DNA of 64,000 nt from Turneriella sp. (GTDB lineage Bacteria; Spirochaetota; Leptospiria; Turneriellales; Turneriellaceae). Below, piece by piece: positions 10,475-19,033 of this stretch (position 1 is the first letter of the stretch; every line of letters starts with the position of its first letter). The DNA lies in NCBI GenBank assembly GCA_965279515.1, contig CBDIID010000003.1, positions 1,920,001 through 1,984,000 on the forward strand. The letters are read 5' to 3'. Under the pieces are notes generated by a model, which was not told the DNA's origin, made no database searches, and saw only the letters and a list, made by a program, of their open reading frames with translations. The position numbers and the translations under genes are program-made.

Positions 10475-11584
10475 CTAAGCAAAAGTTTTCTTCAGCACAC
10501 GGTAGGTTTTATAGCGCACGCAGCCGATCTTTTCGAGCACCGAAACCATGGCTGTATTGGTCTCGACGATCAGCGAACAATCCGCATCTTTCATGCCCAT
10601 CGCCACGCCGTTTTCAATAGTCTTGTGGATCATGGCGATCTCATAGCCCTTGTTGCGGTGTTCCTTGAGAACTCCCATGATGGTTGTACGCACGCGCGTA
10701 ATCTTTTTCATTTCAAGCAGCAATTTGATGAGACCGAACGGGAAAAGGCTGCCGTTCGCTTTTTTAACGGCCTGGTTCGCGTCGATGAGGCTGATCGAGA
10801 AGGCGATCGGCACACCGTCGATCTCGGTGATAAAAGCGAGTTTTTCATTCAGGATCATCTTGAGCTCTTTGACCAGGTGATGCCACTGGTCGTCGTTGAA
10901 GGGGACATTCCCCCAGTTATCTGCCCAGGCCTGGTTGAATATATGTTTCACCGCTTCGGCTTCTTTGTCCACGTTCTTGCGGTTCACTTCGCGTATCACA
11001 ACGCCCTTCTGTTTCAGCACCCTGTTGTAGATCAGCCGCATAAAATTAGGGATCGTGGTGTCCTTGAGAAATGCATACCAATCGACTTCTTTCTTATAAC
11101 CAATCTTATCGAGCAACGTGAGATAATACGGCGGATTGTAAGTACACATGAGTATCGGGTCGACATCAAAAGCATTCGTGAGCAGCCCCATCTCGTCATA
11201 GACAGAAAAGTTCATCGGCCCCAGCGCCGACGTACAACCGCGCTCTTTCAGCCACTTTTCCCCGGCGGCAAAAATAGCATCGACTGCTTCCTGGTCATCG
11301 AGGGCCTCAAAAAAGCCGAAGAAACCCTGGTTCTCTTTATAGTGGTCGTTATGCGCATAATTGCGATGCACCGAAAGCCGGGCGACGATCTTGTCGCCGC
11401 GGTAGGCCAGGTACAGCTGCTTCTCACCGATCTTATTGAACGGGCCCTTCATGATAAATTTTACCACTTCGGAATAGATCGGCGGCACAAAATTGGGATA
11501 GTTCTTATAGACGTCTTTCATGAAATTCACAAAAGCCTTGGTCTCTTTCTTGCTGGGGCCGATGGGCACGATACGGAGCGACAT
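10475..11584 (-). CDS. GNAT-family N-acetyltransferase (YghO-like)
   Basis: GFFGFFE, GPMNFS, YNPPYY, NWGNVP, GVLKEHRNKG and SLIVETN...KTYR motifs. Start at MSLRIV preferred over 11599. Confidence 0.8.
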   Translation of the reverse strand: MSLRIVPIGPSKKETKAFVNFMKDVYKNYPNFVPPIYSEVVKFIMKGPFNKIGEKQLYLAYRGDKIVARLSVHRNYAHNDHYKENQGFFGFFEALDDQEAVDAIFAAGEKWLKERGCTSALGPMNFSVYDEMGLLTNAFDVDPILMCTYNPPYYLTLLDKIGYKKEVDWYAFLKDTTIPNFMRLIYNRVLKQKGVVIREVNRKNVDKEAEAVKHIFNQAWADNWGNVPFNDDQWHHLVKELKMILNEKLAFITEIDGVPIAFSISLIDANQAVKKANGSLFPFGLIKLLLEMKKITRVRTTIMGVLKEHRNKGYEIAMIHKTIENGVAMGMKDADCSLIVETNTAMVSVLEKIGCVRYKTYRVLKKTFA

Positions 11585-11700
11585 GCGCTGAAAATGCACT
11601 CTCAGACCCGGCGAAAATGAGATTTTTCAGATTGACCGAGTATAGGCTCAAAATCCGATGCGTGGTCGCATTGGCGAAAAAACAATACTCAGGAGAAAAA

Positions 11701-12051
11701 ATGAAAAAGAAAATGTTCATTGGGGTCATTCTGATCCTCGCTACCGTCTTCGTACTCAATTGTGGGCGTAAAAAAGCTACCCATCCGGCGGGTATGCTGC
11801 TCGATACAGCGATCGAACAGCTCAAAGCGGCAAAAGACGCGAAAGCGGCGGCGGCAGCCATTGACACACTCGCGACGGCCGCGGCAGCGCTCAAAGAAAA
11901 AGATCCCAACGCATTTGCCGACCGCACTAAATTCGCCGATTCTGACAAGGCATTCATCGATGCATACACCGAAGCCGCCATTGCGCATATGGGCAACGAA
12001 GACTTCGGCGCAGCAGAGAAAAAACTGCTTCCCCTCGGCGTTCTCCACTAA
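11701..12051 (+). CDS. Small Ala-rich lipoprotein
   Basis: AGGAG RBS before ATG 11701; MKKK + hydrophobic stretch + VLNC spirochaete-type lipobox. Confidence 0.75.
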   Translation: MKKKMFIGVILILATVFVLNCGRKKATHPAGMLLDTAIEQLKAAKDAKAAAAAIDTLATAAAALKEKDPNAFADRTKFADSDKAFIDAYTEAAIAHMGNEDFGAAEKKLLPLGVLH

Positions 12052-12062
12052 TTTCTCTCACG

Positions 12063-12086
12063 GGTCCGCGGCGTATGCCGCGGGCC
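12063..12086. terminator. GC-rich hairpin after the lipoprotein gene (possible terminator or stabiliser)
   Basis: GGTCCGCGGC-GTAT-GCCGCGGGCC; no immediate U-tract. Confidence 0.35.
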
Positions 12087-12131
12087 GAATCCCGGTCTTA
12101 TGCTTTTTACCGAAAAAACCGATAATCAACT

Positions 12132-12941
12132 GTGAAAATACGCGTTCTCTTATGCATCTTTATGGCCATGGTGGCCGGCCTTTGGGCCCAGGCGGGACGC
12201 CCCCCGGCGGCGGCGCCTGCACGACCAGCGGCAGCCACGCCCGCAGCACCACCAAAACCCGGAACCATCGGTACGGGTGTAAAACCGCCCGCAGGCCAGC
12301 CAACCAGCACCACCGGCGGCCCCGCTTCGACTACGGGCAATAACCCGAACGATAAGAACGGCTCGTCCAAAATCGAAGGTTTTGACGGCGCCGCGTGGGG
12401 CATCACCTACAAAGAGATGAAAGACCGTTTCCGCGTCATGGCATCCAACGCCAACGCGGCCGACAATGTCGAGATTGTCTCAGACACACCTGACCGCGAG
12501 ATTCTGATACGCCGGCGCGAGATCTATTACCGTTACGTCTTCTATAAGAAGCCCGCCGCCAAGTCGGTCGAATCGATGCCCAAACCCGAGGCGGGTAAGC
12601 CGGCAGAAAAACCGGCAGCCGACGACCCAACCGCAGGCACGGCGAAATTCTTTTTTGTCGAGAGTGTTTTTCCGCTTTTGAAATCCGAAGAGCTCTACAC
12701 CACGCTCACGGCAAAATATGGCCAGCGCACGGGTTCGAGCGTCGGCGATACGATGCGCGGCGCTCACACCTGGGAAAAGGAAGAAGGTTTTATGGTGCAA
12801 TGGGTTGAGCCCTATGCGAAGAACGGTTACACGCGCTCGCTCTACTACCTTTCGCGCAAAATACGGGACGAAATCAAAGCAGACCTGCAGGCATGGCAGT
12901 TTGTGCGCGAAATCAAGGCACTCGATTCACTATTAAAATGA
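12132..12941 (+). CDS. Hypothetical exported protein with Pro/Ala-rich N-terminal linker
   Basis: Signal peptide (LWA-Q), low-complexity region, then a globular domain (GFDGAAWG...YYLS). Confidence 0.75.
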   Translation: MKIRVLLCIFMAMVAGLWAQAGRPPAAAPARPAAATPAAPPKPGTIGTGVKPPAGQPTSTTGGPASTTGNNPNDKNGSSKIEGFDGAAWGITYKEMKDRFRVMASNANAADNVEIVSDTPDREILIRRREIYYRYVFYKKPAAKSVESMPKPEAGKPAEKPAADDPTAGTAKFFFVESVFPLLKSEELYTTLTAKYGQRTGSSVGDTMRGAHTWEKEEGFMVQWVEPYAKNGYTRSLYYLSRKIRDEIKADLQAWQFVREIKALDSLLK

Positions 12942-12942
12942 C

Positions 12943-12992
12943 AACCCCTCCCCTTCCCCTCCCCTATTAGGGGAGGGGTTAGGGGCGGGGTT
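12943..12992. repeat. GC-rich palindromic REP-like element, copy 1 (intergenic)
   Basis: Core CCCCTCCCCTATTAGGGGAGGGG at 12956-12978 within a longer imperfect inverted repeat; near-identical cores at 15445 and 36002. Confidence 0.85.
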
Positions 12993-12996
12993 AAAC

Positions 12997-13878
12997 ATGA
13001 AGCGCTTCGCAGTCCTCATTAACCCCAGTTCTGCGGGCGGGCGTACGCTCGCGCTCTGGCCCGGCTTTGAGAAGAAGCTCCAGGGGGATGGCTTTCAGGT
13101 AACGCACCATTTCTCAGAAAGCGAGGCCGATTTCCGAAACCGCGTCAAAATCTTCGCACGCACGTTCAAATATATCGCCGTATGCGGCGGCGATTCATCG
13201 CTCACCATCGCCGCCGAAGAACTCGCACAGACAAAATTTTCCGGCGAGCTACGGTTTTTGCCCGCGGGTTCGGTGAACGACATCATTCTCGATATTGCTG
13301 AGCAGCAGCACGGCAAAAAAGCACCGATCTACCTGGGCCATCTCAGCGCCGCCGGAGCTACGCACAGTTTTATCGGCCAGGCAAACTGGGGTCTCGGCGT
13401 TGTCGTCAACCGCTGGGTCAGAAATATTCTGCACACCCTGCCCTTTCTGCGGCCGGCGCAGAATCTTATCGGTACACTCTGCATCATCACCGCACATATT
13501 CTCAAAAGGGAAAAAGTTGCGCTCACGGTTCAGGCCGGCGCGCGCACAGTTTCCGGAGAATATTCTCTCGTGTTGGTGAGCCAGATCAGGCATTGGGCAT
13601 CCGGCATGCTTTTTTGCCCGGGCGCAAGTTATCTCACTCCTGAATTCCAGATTGTCACAATCGCACGCTGCGGTCTCTTCCGCCTCATCCGCATCATTCT
13701 AGCCGCTAAAAACGGGGAACATCTTGGGTTTCCGGAGGTTGCAAGTATCCGCGCGGCCAGCATCGAAGTCCATTCCGCAAAACCGCTCCGCGTACAGATC
13801 GATGGTGATGTGCCGGATTTGGAAAGCCAGGTTTTTAAGCTGACTAAGAAAAAATCCATGCTGCGTCTTTCGTTGTGA
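12997..13878 (+). CDS. Diacylglycerol/lipid kinase family protein
   Basis: INPSSAGG, CGGDS, LPAGSVND and QIDGD motifs. Confidence 0.85.
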   Translation: MKRFAVLINPSSAGGRTLALWPGFEKKLQGDGFQVTHHFSESEADFRNRVKIFARTFKYIAVCGGDSSLTIAAEELAQTKFSGELRFLPAGSVNDIILDIAEQQHGKKAPIYLGHLSAAGATHSFIGQANWGLGVVVNRWVRNILHTLPFLRPAQNLIGTLCIITAHILKREKVALTVQAGARTVSGEYSLVLVSQIRHWASGMLFCPGASYLTPEFQIVTIARCGLFRLIRIILAAKNGEHLGFPEVASIRAASIEVHSAKPLRVQIDGDVPDLESQVFKLTKKKSMLRLSL

Positions 13879-13891
13879 GCAGCGCGGCGAA

Positions 13892-15280
13892 TCAGCCCGA
13901 AATCATCAGCCGGTTAAGCCACTTTTTCCCGAAAAATCTCAGGAAAAAAAGCGTTCCGAGAAAGAAAATCATCCCGGTGAGAACCCACCAGGCGCCAAAT
14001 GCCGTCAGGCCCCAGTGGCCCTTGAACTGGAAGACAACAATCGCCGTCGTCCACATCGCGGTATTTGAGACCAGCATCGTCCAGACGGTATCACCCGCGC
14101 CCTTGAGAATGCCGCCCAGTACGCTGTAGGTTGCGTCGAAGAAAAAATACAGGCATGAAATGCGCAACATCGTCGTGCCGGCTGCCATGACACCGGCAAA
14201 GTTTGCCCATTGTTCTTCTGTTGAAAAAATGCGGATCAGTGCCTGTGTCGCCGTGAAGTAGAGCGTGGTGATGATTGCCGCGTAGATCCATCCGGCCTTG
14301 AGCCCCGACCAGGCCGAGCGCAGTGCCAGCTTTTTTTTACCGGCGCCGAGATACTTGCCGACAAGGCTCGATGCCCCCTGGCTGACGCCCAGAAGCGGCA
14401 GAAACGAAACCATATCCCAGTTGAGGACGATCGTCGTCGCCGCCGCGATGTCGGCGCTATAAGAATACATCACCATCGTAAAGAAGGTAAAGCCGCCGAC
14501 ATTGACGAACATCTCCATGCCTGCGGGCATACCATAACGTATCAGCTGAAACAAAACTGCGCCGTTGATGCGGAAACGCCCGCCCGTCTGGAATTCGCGT
14601 CTTAAATCAGGGGCAAAAAACCGTACGGCGAGAATCGCGATGGGCAAAAATCCGGCGAAGAATGTCGCCCACGCGGCGCCGCGGATTTCAAGGCGCGGTG
14701 CTCCCCAGGCGCCGAAAGTCAACGCATAGGCGAGCGGCAGGTTCAGGATGACCGCGCTGAAAGATGCCAGGGACACCATCTTTGTTTTGCCGATACCGAT
14801 AAAAAAATTGGCGAAAATCTGCCTGAGTGTTGTGGTAAAAATCGTCAGACTCAGGATCGAAAAGTATTCGAGCTCGCTGCTGAGCAAAACGCCGCCGTGG
14901 TTAAAGAATGCAAAGACCTTTGGCGCCGCGAGCTGCGCGATAAAAAAAATTGCCGGGGCAAATATGACGCTGAAAAGGAGACCCTGGTGAACCACCTGGG
15001 TACATTCCGCTTTACGGTTAGCGCCACGGTACTGTGCGACCAGCGGATTCATCTGGCCCAATGTACCGGTGATCAGCGTGGTAATCATGAAGGTGAGAAT
15101 GCCGCCTGAAAGCGTCGCCGCGAGCTGTTCTTTGCCAATCTGCGACAAAAAAAGACGGTCGCAGAAGAGCATCAGCACGTCGATGGCCTGCGAGATGACA
15201 ATCGGCAGCGTGACCGGCGTCAGTTCGCGGATAGTGCCGAAACGGTACCGGAAATTTTGCCGAATAAACCGGCCGATCAT
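13892..15280 (-). CDS. MATE-family efflux transporter
   Basis: About 12 TMs; D(R)LFLSQIG, GAAWAT, LVGKYLGAG and LKGAGDT motifs. Confidence 0.92.
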   Translation of the reverse strand: MIGRFIRQNFRYRFGTIRELTPVTLPIVISQAIDVLMLFCDRLFLSQIGKEQLAATLSGGILTFMITTLITGTLGQMNPLVAQYRGANRKAECTQVVHQGLLFSVIFAPAIFFIAQLAAPKVFAFFNHGGVLLSSELEYFSILSLTIFTTTLRQIFANFFIGIGKTKMVSLASFSAVILNLPLAYALTFGAWGAPRLEIRGAAWATFFAGFLPIAILAVRFFAPDLRREFQTGGRFRINGAVLFQLIRYGMPAGMEMFVNVGGFTFFTMVMYSYSADIAAATTIVLNWDMVSFLPLLGVSQGASSLVGKYLGAGKKKLALRSAWSGLKAGWIYAAIITTLYFTATQALIRIFSTEEQWANFAGVMAAGTTMLRISCLYFFFDATYSVLGGILKGAGDTVWTMLVSNTAMWTTAIVVFQFKGHWGLTAFGAWWVLTGMIFFLGTLFFLRFFGKKWLNRLMISG

Positions 15281-16266
15281 TCGAGTTTGTCGCCAGCAAC
15301 CAGGCGGTAACCGTTAATGAAATCGCCGGCCTGCATGGCTTTTTTACCTTCGGGGGTGACGGTTGAGATTTTCAGTGTATTGCCATCGCCGCAGAGGACG
15401 TAGAGATCAGTTTTATTTTGCCTGGATAACGACCCCACCCCCATCCCCTCGCCTATTAGGGGAGGGGTGCCGGAGGCGGGGTGGGGTTCAAATCCCAGCT
15501 TCACCTTCTTTTCACGAAAAAACGCAAATACTCCCGGCCGCGGGGTATACGCCCGGTACTTGTTATGGATTTCCATAGCCGGCCGGGAGAAGTCGATCCG
15601 CCCATCTTCAGCCGAAATCTTACCGCAGTGCGTTGCCAGCGCATGGTTTTGCGGATGAATTTCCGAGCGGCCCTGCACATAGTCAGACAGCATCTGCGCG
15701 CCATGTGCCAGCAAATCTTGTGTCAGTTTTGGGTAGAGGGTTTCCGTTGTATCAGTGGGCTCAATCGCCACCTTACTCTGCGCGACAATGTCGCCCGCGT
15801 CGAGCTCCATGACAATGCGCTGCAATGTCCAACCTGTTTCTGTAAAACCGTAAAGCAATGCATGCTCAATGGGCGCCGCACCGCGCAGTAAGGGTAACAG
15901 GCTGCCATGGAAGTTCACAGATTTTAGTCGGGGCGCGTCGATAATACTTACGGGCAAAATTTTTCCGTATGCGAGCACGACAAAGAGATCAAAACCGATT
16001 TTATTCAGCTCGCTAAGAAGTGCATCCGCCTCTTTTTTAACCGACTTGGGGGTAAAAACAGGTATGCCAAGCTCTTCGGCTTTTACATGCACTGCGGAAC
16101 GCGCGGCGGCTTTGCCCTGACGCTGGATGACTTTTTCTGTCTGCGTGACGCAGGCAACGACGACAAATTCATCGCTGTGATTTGCCACGAGATGCGCGAG
16201 AAATTCCGCGGCAATGCGGGGAGAACCCCAGAAAACAATGCGTGTTTTTCCGGTCACGGCTGACAC
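15277..16266 (-). CDS. fmt: Methionyl-tRNA formyltransferase
   Basis: IVFWGSP, VLAYGKIL, NFHGSLLPLLRGAAPI, LDAGD, RAYTPRPG and GKKAM motifs. Confidence 0.95.
   Translation of the reverse strand: MSAVTGKTRIVFWGSPRIAAEFLAHLVANHSDEFVVVACVTQTEKVIQRQGKAAARSAVHVKAEELGIPVFTPKSVKKEADALLSELNKIGFDLFVVLAYGKILPVSIIDAPRLKSVNFHGSLLPLLRGAAPIEHALLYGFTETGWTLQRIVMELDAGDIVAQSKVAIEPTDTTETLYPKLTQDLLAHGAQMLSDYVQGRSEIHPQNHALATHCGKISAEDGRIDFSRPAMEIHNKYRAYTPRPGVFAFFREKKVKLGFEPHPASGTPPLIGEGMGVGSLSRQNKTDLYVLCGDGNTLKISTVTPEGKKAMQAGDFINGYRLVAGDKLE
15431..15488. repeat. REP-like element, copy 2, in-frame inside fmt
   Basis: GACCCCACCCCCATCCCCTCGCCTATTAGGGGAGGGGTGCCGGAGGCGGGGTGGGGTT, nearly identical to 35988-36045. Confidence 0.85.
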
Positions 16267-16269
16267 CGT

Positions 16270-17295
16270 TCAACGCCCCTTATCGATTAAGGCAGCGAAT
16301 GATTTCGCCCACGGCGTGTCGTCGTTGAGACATGGAATATACGTGAAGCGTTTTCCCCCGGCGGCGAGAAAAATTTCGCGCAGCTGCATATTGACTTCTT
16401 CGAGCGTTTCGAGATTATCCGCAACGAAGGCCGGGGCGATGACGGCCAGGTTGCGGATGCCCTTTTGCGCGAGGTCGACAACGAACTCGGAAGTCATGGG
16501 TTTCAGCCACTCAGCGCGGCCGAGGCGCGACTGGAAGGAGAAGCTGTAGTTCTGCGGCTTGAGTTTTAATGCTTTTGCCACCAGCTCGGTGGTCTCAATC
16601 ACCTGGTGGCGGTAACAGGTTTTATGCGCCTCGGAATCAATATGACAGCAATTTTCGCGCTGCAGGCAATGGCTTTTGGTTGGGTCGGCTTTGGTGATAT
16701 GTTTCACCGGCAAGCCGTGGTAGCTAAACAACACGTGGTCGTCGTCATGGATAAGTCGTTTTACCTGTTGCGTCAGCGCAACCTGGTGTTCCTTAGTGTC
16801 GTAGAACGCAGGCACAAATTCCATCTGTATGCCAAGGGCAGCCCCGTGCTTTTTGGCCTCTTCGATGGCTGTAACGGTCGACGACAGTGCATGGTGGGGG
16901 TAGAGCGGGACAATGCGGACTTTATCGAAGCCAGCTGCTTTAATTTCCCTTAACACGCCTTGGATGGCAGGGCTACCATAACGCATCGCCCAAAAGACTT
17001 TGCTCTTACTAAACTTTGCTACTTTTTCTGCAAACCGTTTGGTATTGAGAAGCAGCGGTGAACCTTTCTCTGTCCAGATTTTTGCATAAGCTTCTGCCGA
17101 ACGCTTCGGACGGAACGGCAAAATGAAAAGGTGAACGATGAGCCAGCGCAGCACATAGGGAACATCGATGACGTAACCATCCATGAGAAACTCACCGAGG
17201 TAACGGCGTACGTCGCCCACCTCGGGCGAAGCGGGCGAGCCGAGGTTAATCAGCAGTATTGCCGGACGTTCCGGTTTAACCGTTTTTACGCGCAA
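16270..17295 (-). CDS. hemH: Ferrochelatase
   Basis: LINLGSP, MRYGSP, LYPH, FSYHGLP, FQSRLG..WLKP and FVADNLETLEE motifs; TTG start overlaps the serC end. Confidence 0.95.
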   Translation of the reverse strand: MRVKTVKPERPAILLINLGSPASPEVGDVRRYLGEFLMDGYVIDVPYVLRWLIVHLFILPFRPKRSAEAYAKIWTEKGSPLLLNTKRFAEKVAKFSKSKVFWAMRYGSPAIQGVLREIKAAGFDKVRIVPLYPHHALSSTVTAIEEAKKHGAALGIQMEFVPAFYDTKEHQVALTQQVKRLIHDDDHVLFSYHGLPVKHITKADPTKSHCLQRENCCHIDSEAHKTCYRHQVIETTELVAKALKLKPQNYSFSFQSRLGRAEWLKPMTSEFVVDLAQKGIRNLAVIAPAFVADNLETLEEVNMQLREIFLAAGGKRFTYIPCLNDDTPWAKSFAALIDKGR

Positions 17296-18385
17296 AGTCC
17301 TGCATGAACTTCACCAGTTCATTGATCGAATTCTGATCGACGGCGTTATAGATCGAAGCGCGCAAACCACCCACGGAGCGGTGCCCCTTGAGGCCGGCAA
17401 AACCCGCAGCTTCGGCTTCTTTGACAAATTTCTTTTCAAGTTCTTCATCTGCGGTGTCGCCCTTGTAGATGCGGTAGTTGACATTCATGCGCGAGCGGTC
17501 GGCTTTATTCACCGGGCACCGGTAATAACCGTTCGAGCCGTCGATCGCATCGTAGAGCGCCGTTGCCTTCGCGATATTGCGCGCTTCGGTTGCCTTGAGG
17601 CCACCCGTTTCCTGGATGTGTTCCATAGTCAGCGCCAGCATATAAATACCGAAAGTCGGCGGCGTATTATAGAGCGAGTTCTCGGCGATGTAGGTACGGT
17701 ACTGCAGCATCGACGGCAGGTTTTTGTCGGCGCGCTCGGCGAGGTCTTTGCGCACAATCACCAGCGTGATGCCCGATGGACCCAAATTCTTCTGTGCACC
17801 GGCAAAAATGAGGCCGTATTTGCTGACATCGATCTGGCGCGAAGCGATGTTCGACGACATGTCACTCACGAGCGGCACACCCTTGGTGTCGGGCAACCAG
17901 CCATTATATTCGGTACCGAAAATGGTATTGTTCTCACACATATGCACGTACGCCGCATCGGGTGTGAGTTTATACTCTGCCTGTGCCGGCAGGCGCATAA
18001 AATTTTCTGATTCCGTACTCGCTACAATATTGACCTCGGCGTGCTTTTTCGCTTCTTTGTACGCCTTTTGCGTCCAGGCGCCGGTCTGGATGAGATCGAT
18101 CTTTTTGCCGGGCAGCGCAAGATTCATCGGCACCATCGTGAACTGCAGGCTGGCGCCACCCTGAACCAGAATGATCGAATAATCATCAGGTACCGAAAGC
18201 GTCTTCTTGATGCCATCAATAGCACGGGCAAGCACAGCTTCGAATTCTTTCGAGCGGTGCGACATCTCCATCACCGACATGCCAGTGCCGGCAAAATTCA
18301 GGAATTCTTCCTGAGCCTTCTTGAGAACAGGTAAGGGAATCGCCGCCGGGCCGGCGTTGAAGTTGTGGATACGGTGCGTGAACAT
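17276..18385 (-). CDS. serC: Phosphoserine aminotransferase
   Basis: NFNAGPA, EMSHRS, GGASLQF, DMSS, AGAQKNLGPSG (PLP Lys), NTPP and GHRSVGGLRASIYNA. Probable true start is MFTHR at 18385. Confidence 0.97.
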   Translation of the reverse strand: MFTHRIHNFNAGPAAIPLPVLKKAQEEFLNFAGTGMSVMEMSHRSKEFEAVLARAIDGIKKTLSVPDDYSIILVQGGASLQFTMVPMNLALPGKKIDLIQTGAWTQKAYKEAKKHAEVNIVASTESENFMRLPAQAEYKLTPDAAYVHMCENNTIFGTEYNGWLPDTKGVPLVSDMSSNIASRQIDVSKYGLIFAGAQKNLGPSGITLVIVRKDLAERADKNLPSMLQYRTYIAENSLYNTPPTFGIYMLALTMEHIQETGGLKATEARNIAKATALYDAIDGSNGYYRCPVNKADRSRMNVNYRIYKGDTADEELEKKFVKEAEAAGFAGLKGHRSVGGLRASIYNAVDQNSINELVKFMQDFARKNG

Positions 18386-18451
18386 GCGTCCAAAATAGAG
18401 AGCGAAACAGGGGGTCGAGCAGGAAGAAAGGAACAGCCCCGAAAGGGTAAC

Positions 18452-19010
18452 TCCACCAGTCAGTACGTCATCAGCCAAGGTCGCGGCCGAAACGATACCC
18501 CTGGCACCTTCAGGAACCGATCGTGCTCCCCAATTTTCAGTGCCGGGTATGTGATGACAAAGCCAGGACACACAGAATTTACTTTAATTTGCGTTCTCAG
18601 AGCTCCCTTACGATTTTGACTGCCAGGCCATTCAATGCTACCTTTGTTAAGGCATAGACCGGTACTCAGCTGGGGTGTGGGGATAATCCAAAAACAGGAT
18701 CTGTAAAGAGCCTGCTACACTGGAGACATTCACTACGCGTCCCGAAGAACTTTTTTAAGGTAGGAAAACATGGCAACGATAAGCCACTATGCACCAAAGA
18801 GATTCGTATCAAAGACATCACCGGCAAACTTAAAATCCGGTTCTAATGCGGCTTTTCCCGCATCAAAATAACCCCCGGCATTATTGATGATTGTATCCAA
18901 ATGATCAAACCTGCCGCTAAAATGTGAGATGAAGTTCTCTATACGGGAAAGGTCGACAACATCCAACGGATGCGTTTTGCCAATTCCGCCATCTTTGCCC
19001 CATACGGGAA
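18452..19010 (-). pseudogene. Degraded short-chain dehydrogenase/reductase (carbonyl-reductase-like) pseudogene
   Basis: Ordered SDR motifs across shifted frames and stops: LDTIINNAG...TNLFGA(stop), GRVVNVSSVAGS, YALTK (YxxxK), IKVNSVCPGFV, GARSVPEGARGIVSAATLADDVLTGG. No intact N-terminal TGxxxGxG seen. Confidence 0.85.
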
Positions 19011-19033
19011 AATTGAAATTATTTAAGCGTGAG

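Noticed and set aside
10625..11620. 331-aa plus-strand ORF
   Set aside because: Antisense shadow of the GNAT gene with no recognisable motifs.
18386..18571. 62-aa N-terminal extension of SerC in the ORF track
   Set aside because: It is a chance in-frame pseudogene fragment; SerC similarity begins at MFTHRIHNF.
18398..18600. Apparent ~200-nt structured RNA or riboswitch upstream of serC (GTCATCA/TGATGAC and CCTGGCAC/GTGCCGGG pairings; CTCCACCA resembling a tmRNA end)
   Set aside because: Most of the stretch translates on the minus strand into the C-terminus of the SDR pseudogene, and I find no full riboswitch, 6S, SRP or tmRNA consensus. An Rfam scan would settle it.
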